Below are positions 32,389 through 40,226 of a stretch of 43,965 bases of DNA, in pieces; position 1 is the stretch's first letter, and the number at the start of each line of letters is the position of its first letter. The DNA comes from Bacilli bacterium. Lineage in GTDB: Bacteria > Bacillota > Bacilli > JBOFGC01. The notes below the pieces were generated by a model. That model made no database searches. It was not told where the DNA came from and saw nothing but the letters and a program-made list of their open reading frames with translations. Both the position numbers and the translations under genes were made by a program. The DNA lies in the NCBI GenBank assembly GCA_051648945.1, contig JBOFGC010000414.1:1-43965 (forward strand), read 5' to 3'.

Positions 32389-32414
32389 TGGAGTTAGTAT
32401 ACACCAACTCCATG
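32389..32414 (-). other. Intercistronic hairpin between glyA and the porin gene
   Basis: ATGGAGTT-N10-AACTCCAT, an 8-bp perfect stem with no U-tract. Confidence 0.4.
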
Positions 32415-32424
32415 GTAAAGTAAA

Positions 32425-33648
32425 TTATTTTGCGAAATTAAGTGCGATGTTAATGATTTCTTTGCGAGCTTCTTCAATCACAACGTCGTCGCCCTGGCTC
32501 TCCAGAACGTCTGCCGCTAATCCCATGATACGAGAGATATGATAAGAATCTAAGCCGCGTGTTGTCACTGCCGCTAGTCCAATGCGAATACCAGACGTTT
32601 GGAACGGGCTACGAGCGTCATTTGGAACTGAGTTCTTATTGACGATAATACCAGCACGACTTAACCATTCTTCCGCTTGCTTACCGGTGTATTCTTTGTC
32701 CGATAAATCGACCAAGAACATATGGTTTTCGGTGCCGCCACTCACGACATTGAAACCGCGGTCAATGAAAATTTCAGCAGACATCGAAGCATGACTACGA
32801 ACGTCAAACATATAGAAACGATATTCTGATGTGTTTGCTTCTTTTAGTGCTACAGCTTTAGCTGCGATCACGTGCATCAATGGACCGCCTTGAGTTCCCG
32901 GGAACACAGATGAATTCAATTTCTTGTAGAATTCTTCCGGTTGACCTTTACTCAGAATCATGCCACCACGAGGACCACGCAACGTTTTGTGAGTAGTAGT
33001 TGTTACTACATCTGCATGCTCAAGAGGCGACTCCATCAGTCCTGCTGCTACGAATCCTGCAAAGTGAGCCATGTCTACCATCAGATAAGCGCCAACATCG
33101 TTTGCAATCTCACGGAATCGTTTGAAGTCGATAACACGCGAATACGCAGAGTAACCAACAACAATCAGTTCAGGCTGACATTCACTTGCAAGTCGTGCAA
33201 CTTCTTCATAGTCGATCATGCCGTCGTCGTTAAGCCCGTAGCTAACAAACTCGTAATTCTTGCCTGAGAAGTTAACAGGTGAACCGTGAGTTAGATGACC
33301 ACCATCGGATAATTTCATACCCAGGATCGTATCGTTGTTGCGCAGCAATGCAGAATATACAGCCGCGTTTGCTTGTGAACCGGAGTGTGGTTGAACGTTA
33401 ACATAATCACAATCAAACAGTTCTTTCGCACGGTCAATAGCTAGTTGCTCAATTTCATCAACAACATTGCAGCCGCCATAATAACGCTTACCAGGAAATC
33501 CCTCAGCATATTTGTTAGTCAACACTGAGCCTTGAGCTTCTTGTACATCAGCAGAAACGTAGTTCTCTGATGCAATCAGACAAATTTCTTCAGCTTGGCG
33601 TAGTTCTTCTTTCTTGATTAAGTGAGCAATTACTGGATCGTACAACAT
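32425..33648 (-). CDS. glyA: Serine hydroxymethyltransferase
   Basis: [38 protein letters not shown], the PLP-lysine context [14 protein letters not shown], and GTQGGPL.H.IAAKAV are canonical SHMT motifs. The ATG at 33648 has an AAGGA SD. Confidence 0.95.
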   Translation of the reverse strand: MLYDPVIAHLIKKEELRQAEEICLIASENYVSADVQEAQGSVLTNKYAEGFPGKRYYGGCNVVDEIEQLAIDRAKELFDCDYVNVQPHSGSQANAAVYSALLRNNDTILGMKLSDGGHLTHGSPVNFSGKNYEFVSYGLNDDGMIDYEEVARLASECQPELIVVGYSAYSRVIDFKRFREIANDVGAYLMVDMAHFAGFVAAGLMESPLEHADVVTTTTHKTLRGPRGGMILSKGQPEEFYKKLNSSVFPGTQGGPLMHVIAAKAVALKEANTSEYRFYMFDVRSHASMSAEIFIDRGFNVVSGGTENHMFLVDLSDKEYTGKQAEEWLSRAGIIVNKNSVPNDARSPFQTSGIRIGLAAVTTRGLDSYHISRIMGLAADVLESQGDDVVIEEARKEIINIALNFAK

Positions 33649-33678
33649 TATTATTTCCTTCATCTAAACAGTAGGGAG

Positions 33679-33706
33679 AGTATAACATCTCCCTACTAAA
33701 AGTCAA
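33679..33706 (-). promoter_or_regulatory. Sigma70-type promoter (TTGACT-16-TATACT) embedded in a hairpin
   Basis: On the minus strand, TTGACT lies at 33706-33701 and TATACT at 33684-33679. The spacer and -10 overlap the inverted repeat AGTAGGGAGA-N8-TCTCCCTACT (33670-33697). Confidence 0.55.
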
Positions 33707-33719
33707 CTAATTATTTCTA

Positions 33720-35168
33720 TTAGCCGAAGATTTCTTCGTATGTATTTGCTTGCTCAGGTCCTTTATCGAAACGAATCTGTTTAGCAACACCCAAGAACAA
33801 ACGATATGGAGCTTCGCCCGGTTTCTGATTTTTACGTTTCAGTGCGCCGTTGCATTGCATTTCCAGTACAACTTCGCCTGATTCCAGTGTCTCTCGCATA
33901 TGATACAGTTTCTTACGGTTCATGTCCGGGAGATCTTTCAACGGAATATCAACAAACACACCATCATCGATTTCTTCTTGTACCTTACAAGTGAAACCAG
34001 AGCCACAGTTATTCTGAATCAGACCACACTTAGAACGAACGACAACACCTCCAATCATCTCTGGGTCTTTCTCGTGTTCGTACCAACCGACAACAATCAA
34101 ATCGATGTCAATCACTTCTTTGAACTTAACCTGATTCGCAGAGCGTTTGAACTCCCAGAATCCGTTAATGTTCTTCAGGATGATGCCTTCGAGTCCCATA
34201 TCAACGTAGCGACGATATACTTTACGAGCTTCATCCAAACTATTAACAACGGTCGTCTCGATCAGCTCAAGATGTGAATCGTTAATTTGATGTAACAGGT
34301 ATTCGGCAGTCAGTAAACGATCTTTGTAAGTAACGGCGTTTGCGTTACGACCCCAGTAAGAATCAACGTCAATCGAATCCCAACACTGAAAATGAATACA
34401 CTCAGCTTCCTCTGGAGTGATTGTACCGCCATCTTGTGCTTTCGCGATAATACCATTACCGGTAGTTCGTTCTTCAACGTCTTTCGTTTCCGGCGAATCT
34501 CCCAGTAGAGAATCCATGAACGATTCTGTTTTCTTAGGCTTATACACTAACTCACCGTCGATAACAAAGTCGATTCCGCTTTCTGTGTGATATTTCAACA
34601 CAGCATCGAGAATTGGCTTAATCCCAACGTAAGTCTTACCATTGCGCGACCAAGCTGTTACTTCACCTTTCTCTGCAACAAGCATACAGCGAACGCCATC
34701 AGCTTTCAACTGAGCATAAGCAGGGAACTTAATCTTAGCAATCGCTTTTTCGCTATAAGATGAAGCCGTCATGCATGGCTGTTCTGGAATCAAACCTTTC
34801 CAGATCTTATTCGCGCTGGAGCCAGACGCACCGACTTCCAGGTCACGTTTAATCACACTTGCCAACACAGTAGCATCACTTTCACTCAACATCGACAGGA
34901 GCTTACGTAGAGCGTCTACCGCTGTGTTGCCTGTTAGTTCACGAGTTGCAAATTGCTTACGCAGTGTGTTGAACGCGACATCTAACCCAATCTCTCCCAT
35001 ATACTCAGTCACTACAGGAATCTTTTTCAATCCGTAAGTGATTCGAGTGTTATATGCCATCTCAAACGTATCACGCAGTAGCACGTTATTCATGTGTTTC
35101 TTTAGAATAGCTAATTTCGCTTTTGAACCGCGTGCTGTTTTAATCGACTGTAGAATCGTGTTGATCAT
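33720..35168 (-). CDS. 30: ATP-dependent DNA ligase (T4 gp30 homologue)
   Basis: Collinear with T4 DNA ligase: MI..IL..I.........KQ.IL.K; LTGN.A...L; GLIPEQP.M.ASSY; the adenylation motif FPA.AQLKADG.RC; IDGELVY; GLEGIILKN..G.WE..RS.N..KFKEVID.DL.IVG.Y.H.KDP. The ends also match. Confidence 0.95.
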   Translation of the reverse strand: MINTILQSIKTARGSKAKLAILKKHMNNVLLRDTFEMAYNTRITYGLKKIPVVTEYMGEIGLDVAFNTLRKQFATRELTGNTAVDALRKLLSMLSESDATVLASVIKRDLEVGASGSSANKIWKGLIPEQPCMTASSYSEKAIAKIKFPAYAQLKADGVRCMLVAEKGEVTAWSRNGKTYVGIKPILDAVLKYHTESGIDFVIDGELVYKPKKTESFMDSLLGDSPETKDVEERTTGNGIIAKAQDGGTITPEEAECIHFQCWDSIDVDSYWGRNANAVTYKDRLLTAEYLLHQINDSHLELIETTVVNSLDEARKVYRRYVDMGLEGIILKNINGFWEFKRSANQVKFKEVIDIDLIVVGWYEHEKDPEMIGGVVVRSKCGLIQNNCGSGFTCKVQEEIDDGVFVDIPLKDLPDMNRKKLYHMRETLESGEVVLEMQCNGALKRKNQKPGEAPYRLFLGVAKQIRFDKGPEQANTYEEIFG

Positions 35169-35757
35169 TCTTTAGTTCCATGTTTTGTTTAATTTCAGAA
35201 TACCACTTAGGGATTCCGCGTGTCCAGATTTGCTGGGTTTCTACTTGACGTACTCGCCATCCTAACTTACGTTCAGCGTAGCAGGTACGAACAACAATAT
35301 GATAAGCGTCTTTGTGATCGCAATCGTGATATGAGTGAATCGTGACACCTAACATCAGATTGCCGTAACCGTAGCAGTTGATACGAACAGGACGACTCTC
35401 TCCTCGCTTCTGTGCATCAACAATATCTAATACATTTTGTTCACAGATTGTACCTAGTTTACATAGAATCTGAACAAACTCATCGAACGGAAACTCACGA
35501 TCGCCCAAGCGTTCAATTACATGCATATCAATTAAGATACGAGGCACAACATTACGCTCGTGTGTCTTAGGAAAGAATTCTGATGAAATCTTATTTCCTA
35601 GGTCACGAATATGACGACGGTTGAAATATTTGTTAGTCCCTAGTTCGAATCCAACATCGATATCGATATCATGGCGTTTCGCTAGTTTCTTCAACTTGTT
35701 CAGTTTCTTTTCGTCTTGCTCAGATAAAACTTTAACTTCGGCGATTTCGTTGTTCAT
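35140..35757 (-). CDS. Hypothetical protein (205 aa)
   Basis: The ATG at 35757 has a GAGGAA SD and lies downstream of the predicted promoter. The track start at 35802 would precede the transcription start. It overlaps the ligase start by 29 nt. Confidence 0.5.
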   Translation of the reverse strand: MNNEIAEVKVLSEQDEKKLNKLKKLAKRHDIDIDVGFELGTNKYFNRRHIRDLGNKISSEFFPKTHERNVVPRILIDMHVIERLGDREFPFDEFVQILCKLGTICEQNVLDIVDAQKRGESRPVRINCYGYGNLMLGVTIHSYHDCDHKDAYHIVVRTCYAERKLGWRVRQVETQQIWTRGIPKWYSEIKQNMELKNDQHDSTVD

Positions 35758-35800
35758 AATGTATTCCTCATTTAATGTATTGTTTGCTTTCGATGTGGTC

Positions 35801-35828
35801 ATAATAGCAGGATTGATTTTCGCGTCAA
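35801..35828 (-). promoter_or_regulatory. Sigma70-type early promoter (TTGACG-16-TATTAT), second copy of the cassette
   Basis: On the minus strand, TTGACG lies at 35828-35823 and TATTAT at 35806-35801. The flanks are near-identical to 29960-30050. Confidence 0.65.
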
Positions 35829-35854
35829 CATCTTTTTCAAATTATTTTAAAAAG

Positions 35855-35880
35855 AAAAAAGGAGCCCGAAGGCTCCTTTT
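35855..35880 (-). terminator. Rho-independent terminator
   Basis: GGAGCC-TTCG-GGCTCC followed by TTTTTTCTTTTT (minus-strand reading), after the stop at 35882. Confidence 0.8.
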
Positions 35881-35881
35881 A

Positions 35882-36202
35882 TTATTCTGCAACTACAACA
35901 ACTGGCTTAGGATTACCCTTGCCGAAAGTTGAGTTCTGTACACGAATCAGCGCACGTTCAACAGCTTTGATCATCGCATATACGCGACCGCTGTTAGTCA
36001 TAGACTCTTTACCAATAGGAGTACTACGACGAGGTGCATTGGCAGCAGATAGCGCTTTCAGTGCAGCTTGTGCGATAGTGTCTTCTGGATGCTTAACCAG
36101 ATGACGCTCCAGTTTTAGTTTACGGTTAGCTTTCCAAGTTTGGTCTTTCTTGTAAACTTCGTAACGGTCTTTTTGATTCTTAGAGGTGCTTTTCTTAGCC
36201 AT
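35882..36202 (-). CDS. Hypothetical basic protein (106 aa)
   Basis: K/R-rich N-terminus (MAKKSTSKNQKDRYEVYKKDQTWKANRKLKLERH) and an AGGAAAT SD. I recognise no family. Confidence 0.5.
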   Translation of the reverse strand: MAKKSTSKNQKDRYEVYKKDQTWKANRKLKLERHLVKHPEDTIAQAALKALSAANAPRRSTPIGKESMTNSGRVYAMIKAVERALIRVQNSTFGKGNPKPVVVVAE

Positions 36203-36255
36203 TTTTTATTTCCTAGTCATTGCCGTAGAAGTCATAACAACCACGGTTGATAAAT

Positions 36256-36298
36256 CGGGACAGAAATGGGTAAACAAATTTCCATCTTCCCTGTCCCG
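36256..36298 (-). other. Long imperfect hairpin in the intergenic region
   Basis: CGGGACAG(AAATGG)...(CCATCTTC)CCTGTCCCG, lying between the stop at 36305 and the start at 36202. There is no clear U-tract. Confidence 0.4.
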
Positions 36299-36304
36299 CA
36301 TATA

Positions 36305-36595
36305 TTACTTAGTCACTGCAACTTTCAGTGAGTGATAAGCGGTGTTTTGAGCGTTCTTACTCAGAGTTTTAGCGTACTTGAAATAGTCGCTATATGCTTC
36401 CAACTCCAACATCAATGCGCCAGCTTTAGCAATGCCGCGATAGCGATTATGCGTGACTAGCTTATGAAGCACTGCAATTACATCAATCGATGCGCCGCAA
36501 TGTTCTACGTTAGCGTTGAAGAAATCTGAACGATGAACTTTCAGGACGGAGTCAATCAGAGATTGTAGGGTGGCAGTGCGAGTCATTTCGACCAT
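36305..36595 (-). CDS. Small protein in the rIII/31.x position, possibly rIII-like
   Basis: TAATG overlap with the gp31 stop. The motifs GASIDV and (F/L)KYAK.L resemble my recollection of T4 RIII. This rests on memory and needs checking. Confidence 0.35.
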   Translation of the reverse strand: MVEMTRTATLQSLIDSVLKVHRSDFFNANVEHCGASIDVIAVLHKLVTHNRYRGIAKAGALMLELEAYSDYFKYAKTLSKNAQNTAYHSLKVAVTK

Positions 36596-36957
36596 TATAG
36601 AGCCTTAAAAATTGCTTGGATATTCTTCCAATGTGTTGAAACTAATTGTCGACCATCAGATTCTTTAATCTCTCCGGCAACAACGCGAGGGTCAGGAACA
36701 TTCGCAATTCTTCCGTTAGGAATAAGAACGATCTTCCCGAATAACATAGAAACAGCTAAATCTGGAACAGCATTACCAACAGAGATAACCTCGCCGACTT
36801 TAGGGATTTCACCCATTTCTAATTTGCCGATTACGATTCCGCCTGCTGATTTAATTTCACTGCCAGCGCGAGCTGCTTGTACTTCAATAATTATACTTTC
36901 GTCAAATGCTATTGGATATTCTTTGGTTTTATTCAACTCATTACTTTTAATAAGCAT
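36595..36957 (-). CDS. 31: Co-chaperonin for GroEL (T4 gp31 homologue)
   Basis: GIVIGK...GEIPKVGEVISVGNAVPD, IPNGRIANVPDPRVVAG and LVSTHWKNIQAIFKAL parallel T4 gp31 [43 protein letters not shown] and FVTCHYKAIPCLYK. The ATG at 36957 has an AAGGAAAC SD. Synteny is cd-31 as in T4. Confidence 0.8.
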   Translation of the reverse strand: MLIKSNELNKTKEYPIAFDESIIIEVQAARAGSEIKSAGGIVIGKLEMGEIPKVGEVISVGNAVPDLAVSMLFGKIVLIPNGRIANVPDPRVVAGEIKESDGRQLVSTHWKNIQAIFKAL

Positions 36958-37020
36958 CTTTGTTTCCTTGTTGTCTCTCAATGCAGTTATAATAACACAA
37001 CACCGAGAGACAATAAACAA

Positions 37021-37557
37021 TTATTTCAAAAATTTATTCTGAATCGTTATTTTATTCCAGTTGATCTTTTGTAGTGGCAGCATACTCAATTTCTGAATAT
37101 TCAAGTGTCCACGTATGATGTTCGACCATGACACATCGTTCTTGTCGTAGTCTTGTAGATATCGCAGATTGCGAATGCCAGATTGGGCAATCGCTTTTGC
37201 ACAATCGGAACACGGAGCAACAGTCACATACATAGTGGCGCCTTCAATCGAGCGACCTTTACGTGCAGCACTGATGATAGCGTTGATTTCTGCATGTACT
37301 TCGTTTTTGCGTGACCACTCACTATGTAACTTTCGAGACTCTTCGTCTTTCAACCGAATAGAACCATTGGTGTGATAGTCTGCCCATCCTTGAGTGCAAC
37401 AATAATCATCGCAGTTGTCATGACCGGAAGGAGTGCCATTGCATCCGGTAGAAATAATCTCACCGTCTTTCTCGATAACAGCGCCGACTTTCCAAGAACA
37501 ACAGTGAGATTCTTGCGAAACTAACACTGCGATTTGCATTAATGTATTGCCTTTCAT
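37021..37557 (-). CDS. cd: dCMP deaminase
   Basis: Near-collinear with T4 Cd: LQIA.LVSQES.CCSWKVGAVIEK.G.IISTG.NG.P.G; the zinc motifs VHAE.NAI and PC.DCAKAIAQSGI; SIEGATMYVT. Confidence 0.95.
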   Translation of the reverse strand: MKGNTLMQIAVLVSQESHCCSWKVGAVIEKDGEIISTGCNGTPSGHDNCDDYCCTQGWADYHTNGSIRLKDEESRKLHSEWSRKNEVHAEINAIISAARKGRSIEGATMYVTVAPCSDCAKAIAQSGIRNLRYLQDYDKNDVSWSNIIRGHLNIQKLSMLPLQKINWNKITIQNKFLK

Positions 37558-37829
37558 TAACGACCCCGAACGTTGTAAACTGGCATCCAGTTAATTGAAT
37601 TGAACTTGTCAACAAAGAACGCGAACTCCCGAATAGGAATACCGTTAGGATGACACACTTTGACGTTGGTAGTTTCTCCCACAGACTCAACGTCGATTCG
37701 GACGTTATGTCCTTTTAATGCTAAACGACGCTGATACTCTGGAAGAAACTCCCGAAGAATTTTCTCTTGCATTTCGTATAACATCGCCGAATTGCCAAAC
37801 ACACGATACGCTTCACTAAAGTCACTCAA
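37557..37829 (-). CDS. Hypothetical protein (90 aa, TTG start)
   Basis: The TTG at 37829 is preceded by a strong AAGGAG SD at 7-nt spacing. Its stop forms a TAATG overlap with the cd start. Confidence 0.5.
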   Translation of the reverse strand: MSDFSEAYRVFGNSAMLYEMQEKILREFLPEYQRRLALKGHNVRIDVESVGETTNVKVCHPNGIPIREFAFFVDKFNSINWMPVYNVRGR

Positions 37830-38157
37830 CTTTGATCTCCTTTGTTTGTCCTACTAAGATTGAACACAACCGATAATTGATAGTATCACGAATTCGCATA
37901 TCTTCAAAGAATTTCTTTTGGTTGATATAATCTTTATTGTACCACGGATTAGGCACATCGATAACACTAAACATTTTCTTTTGTTTCACGTATCGAGGTT
38001 GCTCTAAGTCGCGAGTCAGTCGATTGCGAATAGCGTTCAGATTATGCTCTGCGGTTTCTTTGTTCCCATAAGCCAATAACTGTGAATGTTGGGATACGAG
38101 ATTGACCTCGTATCCATCAAAGTCAGTGTAATATAATACAAAGAATTTATTGTACAT
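37822..38157 (-). CDS. Hypothetical protein (111 aa)
   Basis: The ATG at 38157 forms a TAATG overlap with the pseT stop. I recognise no family. Confidence 0.5.
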   Translation of the reverse strand: MYNKFFVLYYTDFDGYEVNLVSQHSQLLAYGNKETAEHNLNAIRNRLTRDLEQPRYVKQKKMFSVIDVPNPWYNKDYINQKKFFEDMRIRDTINYRLCSILVGQTKEIKVE

Positions 38158-39053
38158 TAAAAATCTCCACGTGCGCATTGGAAAACTTTCAGACCTTTCT
38201 TACGCCACATGTCGACAACTTTCTGACGATCATCAAACACGCCCATGATATCGAATCGTCCTAGACCCGCGTGTTCAAAAAGCTCATCTTTCACGATATC
38301 ATCTGAGCGCCAGTCGTCGTTTTCGCGCATGAACAAGAAATCATAACTAACACAATGCATATTCAACCAAGCGATGGTGTCTTCCTGTGCAGCTTTGGTG
38401 CGACCACTCATGATTGCGATTGTATGTCCTGCGGCATGCAATGCATTGACCACATGAATCACATTTAGATCTGACTCGTCATTCAGTACCGAAGTCATAT
38501 CAAATGGATTACGACCATGCATATGTGCAAGTGTGCCGTCGATATCAACAATATACATTTGACCCATCGGATTAGCAGGACGAACGTAAGGAACAGGCAA
38601 CCAGTAATTCACTTGCTCTGGGAAGTTCGTTTCGAATTTTTCGATTTGACGACGAATTGCTTCCTCTGGAATATGACAAACACGACGAGCATTACGTTTT
38701 AGTGCGTCGGCGAGTGAAATCGGGAAGTACACAACTTCAAATTCCGCTTTATGGCTTTTTGCAAAATCTCGCCATTTTTCCCAATCGCTAGGATTCAGGT
38801 TAGTGTCAGAAACGATGATGCTATTACCAGAAGCGAGTGACCAGATAGCTCGTGTGTTCTGAATAATCGTAACGTCTTTCTCTGTTTGTTTGTTGAATTT
38901 ATATTCGAGTAAAGATGGAAGCTTTGTTACTTCCAAACGAATGTCGTCTCGGTTCAGATTAACGAAAGAAGGATTCTCTTTCAACAGCTCCATCGCGTAT
39001 GTTGTTTTACCGGCAGACGATGCACCGACAGTCAAAATTACTTTCTTGCTCAT
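38157..39053 (-). CDS. pseT: Polynucleotide 5'-kinase/3'-phosphatase
   Basis: Collinear with T4 PseT: a P-loop G.S.AGKTT (T4: GCPGSGKST), NRDD.R, SDTNLNP, the phosphatase motif DIDGTLA (T4: DVDGTLA), SGR, DDR..VV.MWR..G...(W/F)Q.A.GDF at the C-terminus. There is an ATGA overlap with the upstream stop. Confidence 0.93.
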   Translation of the reverse strand: MSKKVILTVGASSAGKTTYAMELLKENPSFVNLNRDDIRLEVTKLPSLLEYKFNKQTEKDVTIIQNTRAIWSLASGNSIIVSDTNLNPSDWEKWRDFAKSHKAEFEVVYFPISLADALKRNARRVCHIPEEAIRRQIEKFETNFPEQVNYWLPVPYVRPANPMGQMYIVDIDGTLAHMHGRNPFDMTSVLNDESDLNVIHVVNALHAAGHTIAIMSGRTKAAQEDTIAWLNMHCVSYDFLFMRENDDWRSDDIVKDELFEHAGLGRFDIMGVFDDRQKVVDMWRKKGLKVFQCARGDF

Positions 39054-39346
39054 TTCACACACTCCTGTAAATTGCAGATAATCACGCGTTGCTTTTCGAT
39101 ATACGATGCAAGCTTCTCTAACCACTGACGATGCTTAATGCTGTCGTCGTAACTAAGTGAGATGTATACTACATCATCCTTTTCTTTCTGTATAGTACTT
39201 TTTGTAATTACTTTCCATTTCACGTTCGCGGGTTCAACAGCAGCGGGCAAAGGATAGTTCACCCGCTTCAACTCGATATGTTGATTTGTTGTACAACCGG
39301 AAAGTAATACTAATGCCAACAGGATGGATCGTTTCCGGTAATGCAT
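39050..39346 (-). CDS. Outer-membrane spanin subunit (o-spanin, T4 PseT.2 position)
   Basis: Lipoprotein signal with lipobox LLSG|C. It is 98 aa, and its 5' end overlaps the preceding TM/coiled-coil gene by 37 nt. It lies adjacent to pseT, as do the T4 spanins. Confidence 0.75.
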   Translation of the reverse strand: MHYRKRSILLALVLLSGCTTNQHIELKRVNYPLPAAVEPANVKWKVITKSTIQKEKDDVVYISLSYDDSIKHRQWLEKLASYIEKQRVIICNLQECVK

Positions 39347-39660
39347 GACATTCGTTCCTCAAATGTGCTAAATGATTTTTCGATCAACGCTTCGGTGATT
39401 TCAGGTTTAGCGAGTAGCGTCTTGGTACGATTCTTCATTGATTCTAATTTAAAGATTCGTGTTGCTTCATCTTCCGTTATTTGGTTAGTTTTTGTTGTGT
39501 ATTGATTGAGTAACGTTACTTGCTCATCTACGTGAGTGACCAACGCTCGAATCGTTTGATTCTTTTCATCGATCTGCTGTTCGTACTCTTGAAACTTAGA
39601 TATACACAATCCGAACACGACTATTCCTAACAACGCCGAAACTATAACTTTTACATTCAC
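39310..39660 (-). CDS. Inner-membrane spanin subunit (i-spanin, T4 PseT.3 position)
   Basis: N-terminal TM (VIVSALLGIVVFGLCI) followed by a heptad-rich helical periplasmic domain. Gene order and overlap are typical of two-component spanins. Confidence 0.75.
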   Translation of the reverse strand: MNVKVIVSALLGIVVFGLCISKFQEYEQQIDEKNQTIRALVTHVDEQVTLLNQYTTKTNQITEDEATRIFKLESMKNRTKTLLAKPEITEALIEKSFSTFEERMSCITGNDPSCWH

Positions 39661-40166
39661 AATAAGACTCCTGTCCGTTGAAGATATTTAATTTTACTAA
39701 GAATTGTGTTTTTGTAGTTCTGACCAGCAGTCGAACTCCAGTTATTGCCTGCGTAATAAGATGCGATTGCTTTGTTTAGGTTTCCTTTATGCCTACCCAT
39801 CCAGTAATCTAGTTCCAACATCGCTTGTTGTGCGGCATAGTCATCTTCCGTTACTAAACGATAAGACAATTTAACTTTGTCTTCTGGTTTAGTAATACCA
39901 TGACGACGTGCTACAGAACTAAGTAGATTGTGATAAACGCCGTATGCAGGACCCGCAAAGTTTACTTTATTTTTCCCAGCAGAGCTTTCTTGCCATGCTA
40001 TCGCAGCTAGTACCCATCCGTAACCTCGATCTGCACCCTCGAAGTATGCCGCGCGTAATGTTTTGATTTGTTCTTGGTCGAAGCGCACACTTTTGTTAGT
40101 ACTTACACTAGCATGCGCTAGACTCGTCGACAATAAAAAGATTGATATAATAATTTTCTTGAACAT
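39657..40166 (-). CDS. Secreted lytic transglycosylase (SLT-domain) protein
   Basis: Cleavable-looking signal MFKKIIISIFLLSTSLAHA|S. SLT-type motifs are AIAWQESS (catalytic E-S), AYGVYH and ASYYAGNNW. The ATG at 40166 has a GGAG SD. The gene is directly upstream of the spanins. Confidence 0.6.
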   Translation of the reverse strand: MFKKIIISIFLLSTSLAHASVSTNKSVRFDQEQIKTLRAAYFEGADRGYGWVLAAIAWQESSAGKNKVNFAGPAYGVYHNLLSSVARRHGITKPEDKVKLSYRLVTEDDYAAQQAMLELDYWMGRHKGNLNKAIASYYAGNNWSSTAGQNYKNTILSKIKYLQRTGVLL

Positions 40167-40226
40167 GATTTTACTCCATTTATAAAAGAATACGGACAAG
40201 TATACACTTGTCCGTTTGTGTGTCAA

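Larger units (their letters stand above)
35788..35880 (-). repeat. ~90-bp terminator/UP/promoter/5'-leader cassette, copy 2
   Basis: About 95% identical to 29960-30050. Confidence 0.85.

Noticed and set aside
37460-37690. 76-aa minus-strand ORF spanning the cd start and the end of the upstream gene
   Set aside because: It overlaps two coupled genes (TAATG junction) in another frame, and it shows no SD and no recognisable features.
40177-40184. Minus-strand TATAAATG (7/8 late-promoter match) 10 nt upstream of the transglycosylase ATG
   Set aside because: A transcript initiating a few nt downstream would lack most of the GGAG SD. The match is also imperfect at the last position. It is not reported as a promoter.
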